Under the pieces are notes generated by a model. That model was not told where the DNA came from. It searched no databases and saw only the letters and a list, made by a program, of their open reading frames with translations. The translations under genes and the position numbers were made by a program. Of a DNA stretch of 64,000 bases, positions 19,485 through 29,982 are shown piece after piece (positions within the stretch are counted from its first letter, which is position 1; each line of letters begins with the position of its first letter). Source of the stretch: Alphaproteobacteria bacterium (lineage in GTDB: Bacteria; Pseudomonadota; Alphaproteobacteria; Rs-D84); contig JAKSTC010000001.1 in assembly GCA_024402765.1 (NCBI GenBank), positions 3,170-67,169 of the forward strand. Reading direction: 5' to 3'.

Positions 19485-20288
19485 ATGGACACAAAACAAT
19501 CCCAATTTATAAATAACCAGTTAGAAAGATATAACCTGTTACAATCAACAAAACAGTATCCAGAACTCTCTTTATTTGACGAATTTCCAACCGAACCAAC
19601 CTATTTTTGGTCAATTCCTAAATTGTCAGCACATTATACAACATTTAAAAAAATCGCACAGAGACAAACATCCGAAATCAACAAGGTTATAAAAAAACCA
19701 AACCACACACATATCAGCGATGGCAAAATCAGCCCATACGGTTGTTTTCGTGTTTTTGAACAAATACCAAAAACATTTCTGGAACAATCTTACTTTATAA
19801 CGCCAAACAATACCGATTTTGATGCCGTTTTACAAAATGCTTTTAAATTATCCAGACTAGATTTACGTGAACAAATAAAGCACACAAATAATGTTATTAA
19901 TGGATTAACCAAGACTTTTAAAACCAACCATCGTTTATTGTGGTCTACAATTCAAAAGGCACTATATGCGACAACCGAATTAGACTATATAAAACAACTA
20001 TCCAATGTTAATACCAAAAAGTCTAGTTTTAATTATATGGGATACACATCTTTATTTTACCTAAATAAAGAATTGGAAAACCTTATTGCAACCGCAGACA
20101 CACTCAAACGATTTGATTTGTTAACACTTGCAACTGCGGCGGGGGCAAACACACGCGCCAAAATAATTGAATTTGGCACAAGCCCTGGGCGCGACATTCA
20201 AAAAAAATCCATTGGCGAAACCAGTGCCGAAATAAATAAGTTAAAACGCGAATTTAAGAAAAATTTTGGTCAACAATATATAAAATAA
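19485..20288 (+). CDS. Hypothetical protein (267 aa), possibly co-transcribed with the RHH gene
   Basis: Starts 20 nt after the RHH gene and is followed by a strong terminator. No recognisable domain. Confidence 0.4.
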   Translation: MDTKQSQFINNQLERYNLLQSTKQYPELSLFDEFPTEPTYFWSIPKLSAHYTTFKKIAQRQTSEINKVIKKPNHTHISDGKISPYGCFRVFEQIPKTFLEQSYFITPNNTDFDAVLQNAFKLSRLDLREQIKHTNNVINGLTKTFKTNHRLLWSTIQKALYATTELDYIKQLSNVNTKKSSFNYMGYTSLFYLNKELENLIATADTLKRFDLLTLATAAGANTRAKIIEFGTSPGRDIQKKSIGETSAEINKLKREFKKNFGQQYIK

Positions 20289-20315
20289 AAAACGCCCATT
20301 TGGGCGTTTTTTATA
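20289..20315. terminator. Rho-independent terminator (aacgcccatttgggcgtt plus T-run)
   Basis: Perfect 7-bp GC stem with T-run. The identical hairpin recurs at 29985 and 39268. Confidence 0.7.
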
Positions 20316-20327
20316 ATTTGTTTTTGA

Positions 20328-20699
20328 TTACCAACCTGTTGTCAATTGTTCTGCAGCACAACCAAACGCACCACCTTCACCAGCCATGCTCATCACCGCA
20401 GACAAAATTACACCAATCATAAACAACAACAAGAAACCAACCAACATGCTTGTTCCTTTGCTTTTAATATCACCAATCAAAGAAGCACTATCCTTTTGTG
20501 GTTTTGATATATATTCCCATGCCCATGTCGCAATAAAGAAACCCGCACCAACAAATGCCAATATCCGCAAGATTTTAAATATGCCCTGCAATTTTGCAAT
20601 CAAATCACACAAACCCTGCATATCACCTGCAGCGAACGCAGGGACCGCAATCAACATAGCAACAAATGCAAAACCAAATTTATTAAATACTTTTTTCAT
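20328..20699 (-). CDS. TrbC/VirB2-like pilin-family small membrane protein (tentative)
   Basis: Start at MKKVFNKF (aaggag SD). Signal peptide plus two hydrophobic helices in about 100 aa, which is the VirB2 layout. Confidence 0.4.
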   Translation of the reverse strand: MKKVFNKFGFAFVAMLIAVPAFAAGDMQGLCDLIAKLQGIFKILRILAFVGAGFFIATWAWEYISKPQKDSASLIGDIKSKGTSMLVGFLLLFMIGVILSAVMSMAGEGGAFGCAAEQLTTGW

Positions 20700-20821
20700 T
20701 AAAAACTCCTTTTCTTTTCTATTAATCTTATCATATTTCCAAAGATTATTCAAATACATTTTTTCCATATCATAATTATACATAAATATGATATAATATT
20801 GACCTGAGAGAGAGTTTATCC

Positions 20822-21769
20822 ATGAATTACACAGATTTGGGTTTGGTCAATACACAAAAAATGTTTGATAACGCCATTAAGCATGGCTATGCAATTCCTG
20901 CATTTAATGTTTACAATATGGAAACCATTTCTGCGGTTATGACTGCGGCAAATTATTGCCACAGCCCATTAATTATTGCCATATCTGAATCTGCCCTGAA
21001 ATACATGGGGGGCGATATGTTAATTGGTATGATAAAATCATACAAACTAAACCCTGGACAAAATATCGCCCTGCACCTGGATCATGGTTCATCTGTGGAT
21101 GCTTGTATTCATGCAATCAAACTTGGCTTTTCTTCCGTAATGATAGATTGCAGTAAATTACCATTTGATGAAAATGTAGAAAACACAAAACGCGTCTTGG
21201 ACTTTGCAAAAAAATACGATGTATCCACCGAATCAGAAATCGGCATTTTATTCGGCACCGAAGATGAAAATACAAATTCTGTTCTGTCTGAATTTACAGA
21301 CCCAGAAATCGCACAACAATTCGTTAATGCCACAAATACAGATTCGCTGGCAATCGCAATCGGGACCAGTCATGGTGTTTATAAACCACAAACCGAAAAT
21401 GGCAAATTGCGTTTTGATATTTTAGCAGATATCCAAGGTCGCCTGCCCGACACCCCGCTTGTTTTACATGGTGCATCAACTGTCCCACAACACTTGGTTA
21501 AAGCCATAAACAAATTTGGTGGTGATATTACACAATCAAATGGTATTGATGCAAAACAGTTATCAATCGCTGCGACTCAAACAAATATTTGTAAAATAAA
21601 TATGGATACAGATTTGCGTTTGTCTTTTACCGCGGGCGTGCGACAATATTTATCCGAACACCCAGCGGATATGAATCCACGCACCTATTTATCAACGGGA
21701 CGCGATGCAGTTTGCAACAATTGCCTGTATGCGATTCGGGAAATTATGCATTCAGACGACAAAATATAA
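20822..21769 (+). CDS. fba: Class II fructose-bisphosphate aldolase
   Basis: 315 aa with LHLDHG and HGASTVPQ motifs. Confidence 0.8.
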   Translation: MNYTDLGLVNTQKMFDNAIKHGYAIPAFNVYNMETISAVMTAANYCHSPLIIAISESALKYMGGDMLIGMIKSYKLNPGQNIALHLDHGSSVDACIHAIKLGFSSVMIDCSKLPFDENVENTKRVLDFAKKYDVSTESEIGILFGTEDENTNSVLSEFTDPEIAQQFVNATNTDSLAIAIGTSHGVYKPQTENGKLRFDILADIQGRLPDTPLVLHGASTVPQHLVKAINKFGGDITQSNGIDAKQLSIAATQTNICKINMDTDLRLSFTAGVRQYLSEHPADMNPRTYLSTGRDAVCNNCLYAIREIMHSDDKI

Positions 21770-21868
21770 AATAAATTAGAATGCCACAAATACGCGGGAT
21801 AGAAATGGCGAAGTGTACATATAGATACATTAGTCCATTGCTATCCCGCGCAGATGGGGTATTATAAT

Positions 21869-22438
21869 TTATTTTGCGCGTTCTACATATTCTAATGTTT
21901 CCGTATTAACAACAATCTTTTCGCCCTGTTCAACGAATACAGGAACCTGAACACGAACACCATTATCCAAAATAGCAGGTTTACCGCCACTGCCCGTTGC
22001 GGTTTGACCCTTTAACGCTGGTTCTGTTTCTTCGACAGTTGCGATTACAGTTTTTGGCAAAGTGATTGATACTGGGTGCCCCTCTACAAAATTCGCCTTG
22101 ACCCCCATTTCAGGTGCCAAGAATTTCATTTGTTCGCCCAACGAATCAACAGGCATTGTAAATTGTTCATAATCAGATAAGTTCATAAAGAACGCATCTG
22201 TGCCATCAGAATACAAATATTGACAATCAAAATCTTCAACCATCAATTTTTCAACGCGGTCTTCGGCACGCCAACGGTCGCCACCCTTGTTCCCGGAATC
22301 AATATCACGCAAATCAGCCTGAACAAAAGCACCACCCTTACCCGGCTTAACCTTGGTAATAGATGTTACAGAATAACGTTTTCCATTGTGGGAAATAACC
22401 CAACCCACGCGCATATCATTTGCAATATAAGATGCCAT
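21869..22438 (-). CDS. efp: Elongation factor P
   Basis: 189 aa with the KPGKGGAFV loop motif. Confidence 0.9.
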   Translation of the reverse strand: MASYIANDMRVGWVISHNGKRYSVTSITKVKPGKGGAFVQADLRDIDSGNKGGDRWRAEDRVEKLMVEDFDCQYLYSDGTDAFFMNLSDYEQFTMPVDSLGEQMKFLAPEMGVKANFVEGHPVSITLPKTVIATVEETEPALKGQTATGSGGKPAILDNGVRVQVPVFVEQGEKIVVNTETLEYVERAK

Positions 22439-22506
22439 AATAATACCCCTTGGTTTTTAATTTGACTTTGTTAAGAATATAATAAAGTTCGCGCCAACGC
22501 AACCTT

Positions 22507-23049
22507 TTATTGCACATTCTTTTGATATTCTTTATAACGTTCAATAGATTCCAATATACATTTATCAGCCGCAGCCCTATCACCCCAACCCATAACTTGG
22601 GACCAAGAATTTGGTTGTAAATCTTTATAATGCAAAAAGAAATATTCTATTTTAGAACGCAAAATTTCCGGCAATTCTTCTATAAACGATATATTTGTGT
22701 AATAAGGATCAATTTTGTCACGCGGCACACAAATAATTTTTTCATCGCCCCCCGCCTGATCTTTCATAAACAACAACCCAATTGGACGCACCTCTATTAA
22801 AACACCTGGACGCAAAGGCGCATTACACACAACGATGCAATCCAGCGGATCGCCATCATCCCCCAATGTTCCAGGGAAATAACCATAATTTGCAGGATAC
22901 TCCATTGGCGTATGCAAAATTCTATCCACCCTTAATAATCCTGTTTCTTTATCTATTTCGTATTTAACAACACCTTTTTCTGGTATTTCTATAATAGCAT
23001 TCATTTTCTTTGGCGGTTCTATACCCGGTTTTATATCAGCAATTGACAT
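22507..23049 (-). CDS. ppa: Inorganic pyrophosphatase
   Basis: 180 aa with DGDPLD and family I PPase motifs. Confidence 0.85.
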   Translation of the reverse strand: MSIADIKPGIEPPKKMNAIIEIPEKGVVKYEIDKETGLLRVDRILHTPMEYPANYGYFPGTLGDDGDPLDCIVVCNAPLRPGVLIEVRPIGLLFMKDQAGGDEKIICVPRDKIDPYYTNISFIEELPEILRSKIEYFFLHYKDLQPNSWSQVMGWGDRAAADKCILESIERYKEYQKNVQ

Positions 23050-23117
23050 TTTATTTCCCTTTTTATTATTATAAGAGGCTTACTTTATAACATAAAAAAA
23101 AGTTTTCAACCACTGTT

Positions 23118-23150
23118 TATAAAAAAAACCGCCATTTGGCGGTTTTTTAT
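23118..23150. terminator. Rho-independent terminator (aaccgccatttggcggtt plus T-run)
   Basis: Hairpin with T-run between ppa and dnaN. Confidence 0.6.
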
Positions 23151-23152
23151 TT

Positions 23153-24271
23153 TTACATACGCATCGGCATTAATACAAACAAAGAATCAGTATTTTTATC
23201 CGTTGATTGTATTGTTGTTGGCGATAATGGATCCTGCATTTCCATCTGGAACTTATCACCTTCTACCTGGCCTGCGACATCCAACAAGAATTTTACATTA
23301 AACACAACAGTAAACGTGTTATCGCCATTGTATTCAATATCCAGTTCCTGGGTTGCGGTTCCGGCATCTGGGCTGGACGCGTTAATAACCAACTTATTCA
23401 TTGAAAATGTTAATTGAACAGATTTTGTTTTATCAATACTCGCAACAGAAACCAAATCGACTGCATCAATAAACTGTTTTCTATCTAATATAGCAATTTT
23501 GTCATTGCCCTTTGGAATAACAACACGATAATTTGGATATTGTGCATCAACCAATTTACCAGTCAAAGTGGCGCCACCAATAACAAAACGTGCCTTGGTA
23601 TCAGACAATTCAATTGCAACATCATCAACATTTGCATCTTCCAACAATTTTGACAATTCACCAATCACCCGACGTGGTAATATAACAGATGGCATTTCAG
23701 TACTATCATTTGGCGCAACCATAGAACACAACGCCAAACGTTGTGCATCAGTTGCAACCGCAGTTAACATTTTTTGTTTTCCTTCATCCGCAATATGGAA
23801 ATAAATACCACCCAAATGATAACGCACATCATCAGTTGGAATCGCAAATTTTGTTTGATTAATCAGGTGTGCCAAATCGCCGGTTGTCATTTGAAATTTT
23901 GTTGTTAAATTACTACCCGCCATTGCTGGGAAATTTTCCGCTGGCAAAGTTGGCAAACGAAAAACCGCACGACCACTGGATACAATTAATTGGTCACCAG
24001 ATTGTTTAAAGGTAATTTCCACATCTTCTGGCAATTTACGAACTATATCGTATAACATCTGCACCGGCACAGTTGTCTTACCACCCAATGTAATATCAGC
24101 TGCGACATGTTCCACCAATTCCAAATCAACGTTTGTAGCAGACAGAACCAAATCTTCTGCCACTTCCAGTTTTACATTCATCAAAATCGGCAACGTTGCA
24201 CGTTTTTCCACGATAGATTGCATATGTCCCAGCGCACGAATTAACACCTGACGAAATACCGAAAATTCCAT
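23153..24271 (-). CDS. dnaN: DNA polymerase III beta sliding clamp
   Basis: 372 aa with a three-domain clamp profile (MEFSVFRQVL...). Confidence 0.8.
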   Translation of the reverse strand: MEFSVFRQVLIRALGHMQSIVEKRATLPILMNVKLEVAEDLVLSATNVDLELVEHVAADITLGGKTTVPVQMLYDIVRKLPEDVEITFKQSGDQLIVSSGRAVFRLPTLPAENFPAMAGSNLTTKFQMTTGDLAHLINQTKFAIPTDDVRYHLGGIYFHIADEGKQKMLTAVATDAQRLALCSMVAPNDSTEMPSVILPRRVIGELSKLLEDANVDDVAIELSDTKARFVIGGATLTGKLVDAQYPNYRVVIPKGNDKIAILDRKQFIDAVDLVSVASIDKTKSVQLTFSMNKLVINASSPDAGTATQELDIEYNGDNTFTVVFNVKFLLDVAGQVEGDKFQMEMQDPLSPTTIQSTDKNTDSLFVLMPMRM

Positions 24272-24330
24272 TTTTTTACTCCTATTTTGTGTATTTCCTA
24301 TAACCTTGTCATGCCTAGTCTATCAAAAAA

Positions 24331-24343
24331 CACCGATTCGGTG
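24331..24343. promoter_or_regulatory. Perfect 13-bp palindrome caccga-t-tcggtg upstream of dnaN
   Basis: Lies 60 nt upstream of the dnaN start. A related gaatcggtgcaagac occurs at 41761-41775. Confidence 0.3.
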
Positions 24344-24380
24344 CAAGACCAAAAGCAAAAAACAATAAAAAATATCTTAA

Positions 24381-26429
24381 CTACCTTATAACAACAGAAT
24401 TTACAAGTTCTTCCAATGGCATTTCCAACCATTCTGGGTCATCTTTGAGTATAGATGTGCCATCTTTCAGCGCTGTTTCCGCAGGATTATTATCCGTCAG
24501 CCAATTTCCAATAAAATCACTCGCCAACCAACCGCCTAAAATACTTAATCCACCAGTAAATGGTGCCATCAATAATCCGAAACCTGTTGCTGTTGCAACA
24601 CGACCTGCAATTGCAGTTCCACTAATAGAAATGTCAGGTTCCGCCAAATTGCCAGAAATTCTTACAGCATTTGTTATTGCACCCGTCAAAGATATTTTCA
24701 ACCCACTAACCGGTGTTGTCACCAATGTCAAATCTATTGTTTCCCTACCTAAATCAACATTACCAGCCATACGTAAATTAATAATTTCTGTTTCTATGGC
24801 GACACCACGTTCTGTTTCAATTAAGCCATTACGTAATTTTAAATTTATTCCGACATTATTTATAGTCATTGTGTTATATTTTTTTTCTTTGGTCAGCATA
24901 TCACTTACGCCATGATGTAAAGTCGTAAGCACGTCTGCCCCATACATATATTCAACCAAAGATTCATGCGCATAACCTTCTGTTATAGAATATGCCTTGA
25001 CCGCACCTGTTATGGTCTGCATAACCTCTGACATATTTGCACCACTTGCATCAAAATAACCTAACAAGTTCAAATCTAAATCAGATACCATATCCTTATA
25101 ACGCAACTCTGTCATTAGTTGTCCTAAATCTATACTTTGACCATCTATTCCAGCACGAATGAACATCTTACCATCGTTATCTATATTTACATCTGCACCA
25201 ATATTAATATCACCATTTGCAAATTTTACTTTTGTATCCACACGTCCATTTCCTGCATTTAATGTTATTTTCGTATTTATATTTTGAATATCGATGTCAC
25301 GATAAACTACCAAATGTTTTATATTTGCAGTTACATTTATATTATATTGCCTTACTTCTTTTCCAAATAAATACATATCTTGGAAAACATTTAATTCGCG
25401 TCCAACTATTTCTTGGCTACCATACAAATCCGGATATAATGCTAATAAATTAAGTTTATTTGATTTAATATTTAATTTTATACCATTTGTTTTCCAATCA
25501 TATACACCTGAAATACTTATATCATTGTGCAAAGCGTTAATGTTTAATTTATCAAAACTAATTTTAGTATTGTCTAATTTACCAGTAACATCTAAATTAA
25601 TTTTTGGCAAATTAATTTTATTATTACCCGATATAAATTTTAATATTTCGTTATCTGGGACATCGCCTTTTATTGTAAAATCTACAAGATTTTTTGTATT
25701 TCCATCCAAGTTAAAGTTGCCAATCAGTGCTCGACCTTGTGTAGAAATTGCAAGCTGTACTGGATATAAATTATATTCTTTATCATATGCACCAAAAGAC
25801 AAAACAAAAGGAGTTATTTTATTTGTTAACTTTATCCAGCCCTCATACTCTGGTCCTGTATTTTTATTATAATATTTAAACCCAACACCTTTTAATTTGA
25901 AATGCGTATCAACAAAATTAACATTTACATTGTATAATTCTACTCCACCCAATCCTAAATCTTTAAATACATACTTTTCTTGTTTTTTTACAACGGTTGT
26001 ATCAGTCGTTGTTTGTTCTTTTGGGTTCAAGACGGGTAAAGAATATTCGCCTTTATTATTTTTTTCTATATAAACCACAGGTGTGTTAACAACAAGCTTT
26101 TCAATTATTAAATTTTTATTAAACACAGATAACAAATTTAAAGTAACTGTTATATTGTCTGCTTCAAATGCATATTTATGTTTTGCCCAATCTGAATTAT
26201 GAACACGAACTTTGTTTATAGCAATTTTTGGTCGCAGTGATAGTCGCAAATTAACATCACCACCAATTTCCACAGGCGCACCCATCACATTTTCAATCGC
26301 ATTTACAACAGTGTTTTTTACAGAATCAATATTTAATTTCGAAATTGCCACAACAGATGCAATAACCGCACACAAAAACAAAATCACAAAAATACGAATC
26401 ACAATAAAAAATTTTTTTCGTCTTCTCAT
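24381..26429 (-). CDS. AsmA-family protein
   Basis: 682 aa with an N-terminal TM anchor and long beta-rich repetitive periplasmic region typical of AsmA/TamB-like proteins. Confidence 0.5.
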   Translation of the reverse strand: MRRRKKFFIVIRIFVILFLCAVIASVVAISKLNIDSVKNTVVNAIENVMGAPVEIGGDVNLRLSLRPKIAINKVRVHNSDWAKHKYAFEADNITVTLNLLSVFNKNLIIEKLVVNTPVVYIEKNNKGEYSLPVLNPKEQTTTDTTVVKKQEKYVFKDLGLGGVELYNVNVNFVDTHFKLKGVGFKYYNKNTGPEYEGWIKLTNKITPFVLSFGAYDKEYNLYPVQLAISTQGRALIGNFNLDGNTKNLVDFTIKGDVPDNEILKFISGNNKINLPKINLDVTGKLDNTKISFDKLNINALHNDISISGVYDWKTNGIKLNIKSNKLNLLALYPDLYGSQEIVGRELNVFQDMYLFGKEVRQYNINVTANIKHLVVYRDIDIQNINTKITLNAGNGRVDTKVKFANGDINIGADVNIDNDGKMFIRAGIDGQSIDLGQLMTELRYKDMVSDLDLNLLGYFDASGANMSEVMQTITGAVKAYSITEGYAHESLVEYMYGADVLTTLHHGVSDMLTKEKKYNTMTINNVGINLKLRNGLIETERGVAIETEIINLRMAGNVDLGRETIDLTLVTTPVSGLKISLTGAITNAVRISGNLAEPDISISGTAIAGRVATATGFGLLMAPFTGGLSILGGWLASDFIGNWLTDNNPAETALKDGTSILKDDPEWLEMPLEELVNSVVIR

Positions 26430-26441
26430 AAAATCGCTTCT

Positions 26442-27416
26442 TTATTCTGGCAAATTAAATTCAAGGAATTTCATAACAGGTCGCATAAATTCTGGAACCT
26501 GGGCACGCAGGGTTATTATTTTTCCTGTCTTTGGGTGTTGCAAAGTTATTTTATACGCAAACAAAAATAAATTATTAGTCATCAACACAGAATCCAACCC
26601 GCATGCAATAGGTTTATCATAACCATACAAATCATCACCAACAATTGGTGCATTTAAACTATACGCACTATGCAAACGCAATTGATGTGTGCGACCCGTA
26701 TGTGGTGAAAATAAAACCCACGACAAACAACCACCCGCTTCATTTAAAACTTTATATTCTGTAATTGCACGTTGCGGTCGCTGACCAACACCATCATTAA
26801 CACGTTCAGGTGTATCAAAAACCTTTCCTTTTATCATGTAATTGTCAATGATTCCATGTGATGGTGTAACATTACCATTTAACAAAGCCACATATTCTTT
26901 GCGTGCAGTTTTATTTTGAAATTGTGCAGATAACGATTGTGCAGCACGCTGATTTTTTGCAACGACCAATACGCCACTTGTTTCCTTATCCAAACGATGA
27001 ACCAGTGCAATTTTTGCGTATGGAAATAATGCAGCCGCCATTTTATCAATTGACTTTCTGATACCTGTTCCACCCTGAACCGCCAAACCTGCCGGTTTAT
27101 TAAAAACAACAATATCATCATCATCATGAATTATACATTTGCGCAAAACCTCTAAATCAGATAGCGAAAACCTTTCACCACTTTCCGTCTTACGCGAAAC
27201 CGTCGCCGTATAGCCTGATATGGTTGGTGGAATACGAACAACATCACCAGTATGTAAAATTTTATCCGCCTGAACCCGACCAGAATTCACACGAATTTGT
27301 CCACCCCGACACAAACGATATAAATCTTTATTTGGCATTGATGGGAAATGCCGTGCGAACCAGCGCATCAAGCGAATACCGTCTTCTATTTCGCAAACTT
27401 TTAGCATTTCAGCCAT
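26442..27416 (-). CDS. rluD: RluA-family 23S rRNA pseudouridine synthase (RluD/RluC-like) with S4 domain
   Basis: N-terminal S4 domain. Catalytic HRLDKETSGVLVVAKN motif. Confidence 0.75.
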   Translation of the reverse strand: MAEMLKVCEIEDGIRLMRWFARHFPSMPNKDLYRLCRGGQIRVNSGRVQADKILHTGDVVRIPPTISGYTATVSRKTESGERFSLSDLEVLRKCIIHDDDDIVVFNKPAGLAVQGGTGIRKSIDKMAAALFPYAKIALVHRLDKETSGVLVVAKNQRAAQSLSAQFQNKTARKEYVALLNGNVTPSHGIIDNYMIKGKVFDTPERVNDGVGQRPQRAITEYKVLNEAGGCLSWVLFSPHTGRTHQLRLHSAYSLNAPIVGDDLYGYDKPIACGLDSVLMTNNLFLFAYKITLQHPKTGKIITLRAQVPEFMRPVMKFLEFNLPE

Positions 27417-27428
27417 ATTACAAAAACC

Positions 27429-27866
27429 TTATTCGCCATACACAATACTGACCGTATTGGTATTCCCGGGCATATTGCAATCACCCTTGGCACCATCAAT
27501 CGATTCTGTCCAGGCTTTGGTTGTTAATGTTTTACAGTCTGATTCTGATAATCCATCAATTGTAACAACGAATTGACGCGAATTGGATGGATTTACAGAC
27601 AAAGTATAATTCCCACCATATGGGTTTTTATTTTTTATACCCAATGCGGTAAAGATTGTGGCATTATCAATATTGGAAAAATCATCGTATTCACCCAATA
27701 ATTGGCGCACGCCAACAACCATCTGTAAAACATCATCGTTTACAGTACTTTGTTTTTGCATACGCATTGCAGATGAAATCATACCGATTGCCCCAACGGT
27801 AATAACACCCATAATTGCGAGTACACCCAACATTTCAATCATAGAACGACCTGATTCTTGTTTCAT
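27429..27866 (-). CDS. Type IV pilin / pseudopilin (prepilin-type N-terminal methylation domain)
   Basis: G|RSMIEMLGVLAIMGVI class III signal with Glu at +5. 145 aa. Confidence 0.6.
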   Translation of the reverse strand: MKQESGRSMIEMLGVLAIMGVITVGAIGMISSAMRMQKQSTVNDDVLQMVVGVRQLLGEYDDFSNIDNATIFTALGIKNKNPYGGNYTLSVNPSNSRQFVVTIDGLSESDCKTLTTKAWTESIDGAKGDCNMPGNTNTVSIVYGE

Positions 27867-27916
27867 TTTTTCACCTCTATTTGCTATTTTATAATTTATA
27901 TTATATCATATTTATT

Positions 27917-29344
27917 ATGAATATTCAATTTTCTGATTTGATTTCTAATGCCCCACAATCCCCCGGTGTCTATAAAATGTTCGGGGTGGACGACACATTG
28001 TTATATGTAGGCAAGGCAAAAAACCTGTCAAACCGCCTGAAACAGTATGTTGACATTTCAAAACTTGAATTACACAAACAGGTTATGCGCACATTGGTTG
28101 CGCGTATAGAATGGGAAATCGTTCCCACAGAATCAGACGCATTGGTTCGCGAACAAGAATTAATCAAAACACAAAAACCAAAATATAACATTATGCTGAC
28201 TGATGGAAAAATGTATCCAATGTTGGCACTAACGAATTCTGAATTTCCACGTCTATTAAAATTTCGTGGTAAAATTTCACAACGGCGCGATGTCTTTGGA
28301 CCATATCCATCTGTATCTGCATTGAATGAAACGATTAAGACAATTCAACGCGTTTGCGGTCTGCGGACTTGTACCGATACATTTATGAAAAATCGTTCAC
28401 GACCATGCCTGCTGTATCAAATTGGTCGTTGCAGTGCGCCATGTTGCATTGAACAAAAAAACTATTCTGAAAATGTTCAACTGGCCCGACGGATTTTAAC
28501 CGGCGACAGTGAACCAATAATCTCAGATTTATCAAAACAGATGCAGGTGTTTTCTGATGCGATGGATTTTGAAAATGCTGCAATTTGCCGTGACAAAATA
28601 TCTGCACTAACACAAACCGCAACACGTGGTCGCACAAACAACGCACCAACACACACGGCAAATATAGATTGGAATAAATATGTAACCGAACTGGAACAAT
28701 GGGCGGGCGTTAAAATTGAACGCGTGGGCGTTTTTGATAATTCGCACCTATTTGGTCAAAACTCTGTTGGGGCGATGATTGTATTTGGACACGACGGTTT
28801 TATAAAGTCAGACTATCGACATTTCAAATTAAAAAATCGTTCTGTCGCTGGGAATGATATTGGTATGATGGCTGAATTTGTATCACGCGCAACACAGCGC
28901 GGTCCAAAACTTAGTTTGATTATTGTTGATGGCGGACCCGCCCAATGGAATATCGCACACAAAACCGCACCAAATATTCCAATACTTGGCGTGGCTAAGG
29001 GTGTTGTCCGAAATGGTGATGAACATTTTATAATGCCTGATGGATCTGAAAACTTTGATTTACCCAAGGATTCAGGATTATTTTTACTGTTGCGTACCGT
29101 CCGTGACGAAGCACACAGGTTCGTAATTACATATCACCGCACAACGCGCGCAAAACAAATGACTGCATCTGTTTTGGACGAAATAGACGGAATTGGTGCA
29201 AAAAGAAAACAGGCATTACTGCAACACTTTGGTTCGGTATATAAAATTTCTGATGCGACATTGGACGCATTATTACACGTCCCCGGTTTGGGAAAATCTG
29301 CCGCAAAAAAAATATATGCATATTTCCATTCAGAAATGATATAA
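27917..29344 (+). CDS. uvrC: Excinuclease ABC subunit C (compact form)
   Basis: GIY-YIG (PGVYKMFG...LLYVGKAKNL), Cys-rich region, UVR motif, RNaseH-like endonuclease domain and C-terminal HhH. Start taken at MNIQFSDL. Confidence 0.75.
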   Translation: MNIQFSDLISNAPQSPGVYKMFGVDDTLLYVGKAKNLSNRLKQYVDISKLELHKQVMRTLVARIEWEIVPTESDALVREQELIKTQKPKYNIMLTDGKMYPMLALTNSEFPRLLKFRGKISQRRDVFGPYPSVSALNETIKTIQRVCGLRTCTDTFMKNRSRPCLLYQIGRCSAPCCIEQKNYSENVQLARRILTGDSEPIISDLSKQMQVFSDAMDFENAAICRDKISALTQTATRGRTNNAPTHTANIDWNKYVTELEQWAGVKIERVGVFDNSHLFGQNSVGAMIVFGHDGFIKSDYRHFKLKNRSVAGNDIGMMAEFVSRATQRGPKLSLIIVDGGPAQWNIAHKTAPNIPILGVAKGVVRNGDEHFIMPDGSENFDLPKDSGLFLLLRTVRDEAHRFVITYHRTTRAKQMTASVLDEIDGIGAKRKQALLQHFGSVYKISDATLDALLHVPGLGKSAAKKIYAYFHSEMI

Positions 29345-29379
29345 TCAGATTATTCATAAATAAAAAAAGGAGTTTTATT

Positions 29380-29979
29380 ATGAAATTTTTTGTAAACTTT
29401 TTATCAGCATTTCGTATCGCTGCATCTTTTGCAATTATACCAACATTAATGTTTCAATGGTATTGGGTATCTTTCTTTTTGTTTTTACTGGGTGCCCTAT
29501 CCGATTGGTTTGACGGTTTTCTGGCGCGCAAATATAATGTCTGCACAAAATTGGGCGGTGTAATGGATCACATTGGCGACAAATTAATTGTTGTAAATAC
29601 TTTGATTATGTTAACCGTAATGATGCCAGTATGGTTTGTAATTGTTCCTGTGATAATAATGATTGCGCGCGAATTGTATATCAGTGGTCTGCGTGAATTC
29701 TTAGGAACACAAAAAATCGAAATGCCTGTTCCAAAGTATCGCTTTTCAATGGGTAAAATCAAAACGACATTTCAAATGATAACAATTACTGCATTTTTAT
29801 TGATGTTTGCTTTGGCACATGCAATCACGCCAGACACAATATCAAAAACATCTTTAATAGCGATGAATGTATTGTCCCAAATGGGTATATTCGGCATATG
29901 GTTTTCTTTGGTTGCGTCCCTGTGGTCGGCCAGCCAATATACAGTTACATTCATAGAAAAATTGAAAAAGATAAAATAA
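29380..29979 (+). CDS. pgsA: CDP-diacylglycerol--glycerol-3-phosphate 3-phosphatidyltransferase
   Basis: CDP-alcohol phosphatidyltransferase motif DWFDGFLAR...G...D..GD. Confidence 0.75.
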   Translation: MKFFVNFLSAFRIAASFAIIPTLMFQWYWVSFFLFLLGALSDWFDGFLARKYNVCTKLGGVMDHIGDKLIVVNTLIMLTVMMPVWFVIVPVIIMIARELYISGLREFLGTQKIEMPVPKYRFSMGKIKTTFQMITITAFLLMFALAHAITPDTISKTSLIAMNVLSQMGIFGIWFSLVASLWSASQYTVTFIEKLKKIK

Positions 29980-29982
29980 AAA

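Noticed and set aside
21793-21853. Inverted repeat cgcgggatag ... ctatcccgcg with a 40-nt loop between fba and efp
   Set aside because: It could be a convergent terminator, but the loop is long and there is no clear T-run. Reported only as a note.
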